From the NCBI GenBank assembly GCA_051942245.1, contig JAVECL010000026.1:1-64000 (forward strand): a stretch of 64,000 nucleotides of DNA, given 5' to 3'. Positions 62,662-64,000 of this stretch are shown in pieces. The translations under genes were made by a program, and so were the position numbers. Source of the stretch: Trypethelium eluteriae. Taxonomy: Eukaryota. Under the pieces are notes generated by a model, which was not told the DNA's origin, made no database searches, and saw nothing but the letters and a program-made list of their open reading frames with translations. Positions within the stretch are counted from its first letter, which is position 1. Each line of letters opens with the position of its first letter.

Positions 62662-64000
62662 CTAATACGTTCGCTTGAAGGGGGGAACAGCCTTGCACTC
62701 GTTCTCATCTAGGGTATGGCCCACGACTCCACGGTACCCAATATCCACGTTCGAATGTGGCTCCTTTTGCCATGTGAGAGTATGTTTCATCCAGTGGTCA
62801 TCGTCACGCTCGGGGAAGTCTTCACGGGCGTGTGCGCCGCGAGACTCCTTTCGGTTTGCAGCTGCTTCAGCGGTTTGTACCCTTTGATGCAAATTAGCCT
62901 CCGTGCTCTCAGGAAATAGATTCGGATTGTAACACTTACGCGCATGTGAGAAGATTCCGTAGCTCCAAGGTCTCAACGAGATCGGAGTTCCAAATCATAC
63001 TTCGGTCCTTGGTTCCAACCTGACTGAATGTCTGATCAACATCCCTCATCTTCTTCACTCCCTCATCCAAACTCTCTTGCGTACGGAACACGCTGACATC
63101 GGTCTGCATGACCTTTTGCATGGCAGCGCGGATTTCGCTCGTCGACTTCGGTCCATCCGCTGTTCGCAATTCGTCAATGACCGAGATGGCGTCGGCGCCT
63201 GCGTCCGCTCCGATCTCCTTATGCGTCTCTCCTGGCGAGAAGTTGTCGCGAATCGTGTGCGAGACGGCGCGACCAAAGACGACCAGGTCAAGAAGCGAGT
63301 TCGCTCCCAACCGATTTGCGCCATGAACTGACACACATGCCGCTTCACCACAAGCGAAGAGACCGGGAACGACTTTGTCCTGACCCTTCTCATCGACGGT
63401 GAGCACCTCTCCGGTGTACTTGGTTGGAATACCACCCATGTTGTAGTGCACAGTCGGTAGGACTGGAATGGGTTGCTTGCGGACGTCCACACCGGCGAAG
63501 ATTGAGGCTGTCTCAGAAATACCTGGAAGACGGTCGTGCAGAACTTCAGGCGGGAGATGGCTGAGTTGTAGGTAGATATGGTCTTTGTCTGGACCAACAC
63601 CGCGGCCCTCTCGGATCTCCATCGTCATTGATCGGGATACGACATCCCGACTAGCAAGATCTTTTGCGGTAGGTGCGTATCTCTCCATGAATCGCTCGCC
63701 TTCGGAGTTGAGGAGGTATCCGCCCTCGCCTCTGGATCCCTCAGTTATCAGGCAGCCAGCGCCATAGATACCCGTGGGGTGAAATTGAACAAATTCAAGG
63801 TCCTGGTTTGGCAAGCCGGCGCGAGCAACCATAGCCATCCCGTCTCCGGTACAGGTGTGAGCAGAAGTACAGCTGAAATAGGCGCGGCCATATCCTCCCG
63901 TTGCAAGTACAGTGTTGTGTGCGCGGAATCGGTGTAATGTTCCATCTTCTTGATTGTATGCAATGACACCCTTGCACTGGCCGTCCTCCATAATCAGATC
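62662..64000 (-). CDS. SDH1: Succinate dehydrogenase flavoprotein subunit (3' part; 5' end is outside the window)
   Basis: [63 protein letters not shown] and VPPFKRTY*. Confidence 0.97.

Noticed and set aside
1..64000. tRNA, rRNA or CRISPR arrays
   Set aside because: No cloverleaf or A/B-box pattern, rRNA signature or regularly spaced direct repeats found by eye; tRNAscan-SE or Infernal would be needed to exclude small ncRNAs.

Overview
Gene-dense DNA from a filamentous ascomycete (Pezizomycotina), with short GT-AG introns and CTAAC/CTGAC branch points. I can support about 25 protein-coding genes. Most are housekeeping: S10 carboxypeptidase, ISW2, DMAC1-like, AP-3 mu, ALDH3-type dehydrogenase, class II G-alpha, Cox24/mS38, AMP deaminase, PMT4, PP2A B55/CDC55, YEA4 and partial SDH1. 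Embedded at 18.6-30.5 kb is a compact, apparently regulator-less sesquiterpenoid cluster: a DHA2 MFS exporter, a 10-exon class I terpene cyclase, and two tandem CYP58-clan P450s. The cyclase's DDxxD motif appears to be built across a GC-AG intron, one P450 has lost a canonical splice acceptor, and two of the cluster promoters share clustered CCGGA(C/T) motifs. Other notable items are an intronless protein with an Asn-rich prion-like N-terminus and eight CCHC zinc knuckles, and a signal-less ADGF-type adenosine deaminase with an altered active-site motif paired head-to-head with an uncharacterised membrane protein next to AMP deaminase. There are also recurrent strand-symmetric C-rich to G-rich switch points inside genes. 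I recognised no tRNA, rRNA, CRISPR array or intact transposon. Exon boundaries were read by eye and family assignments come from motif recognition, not database searches.
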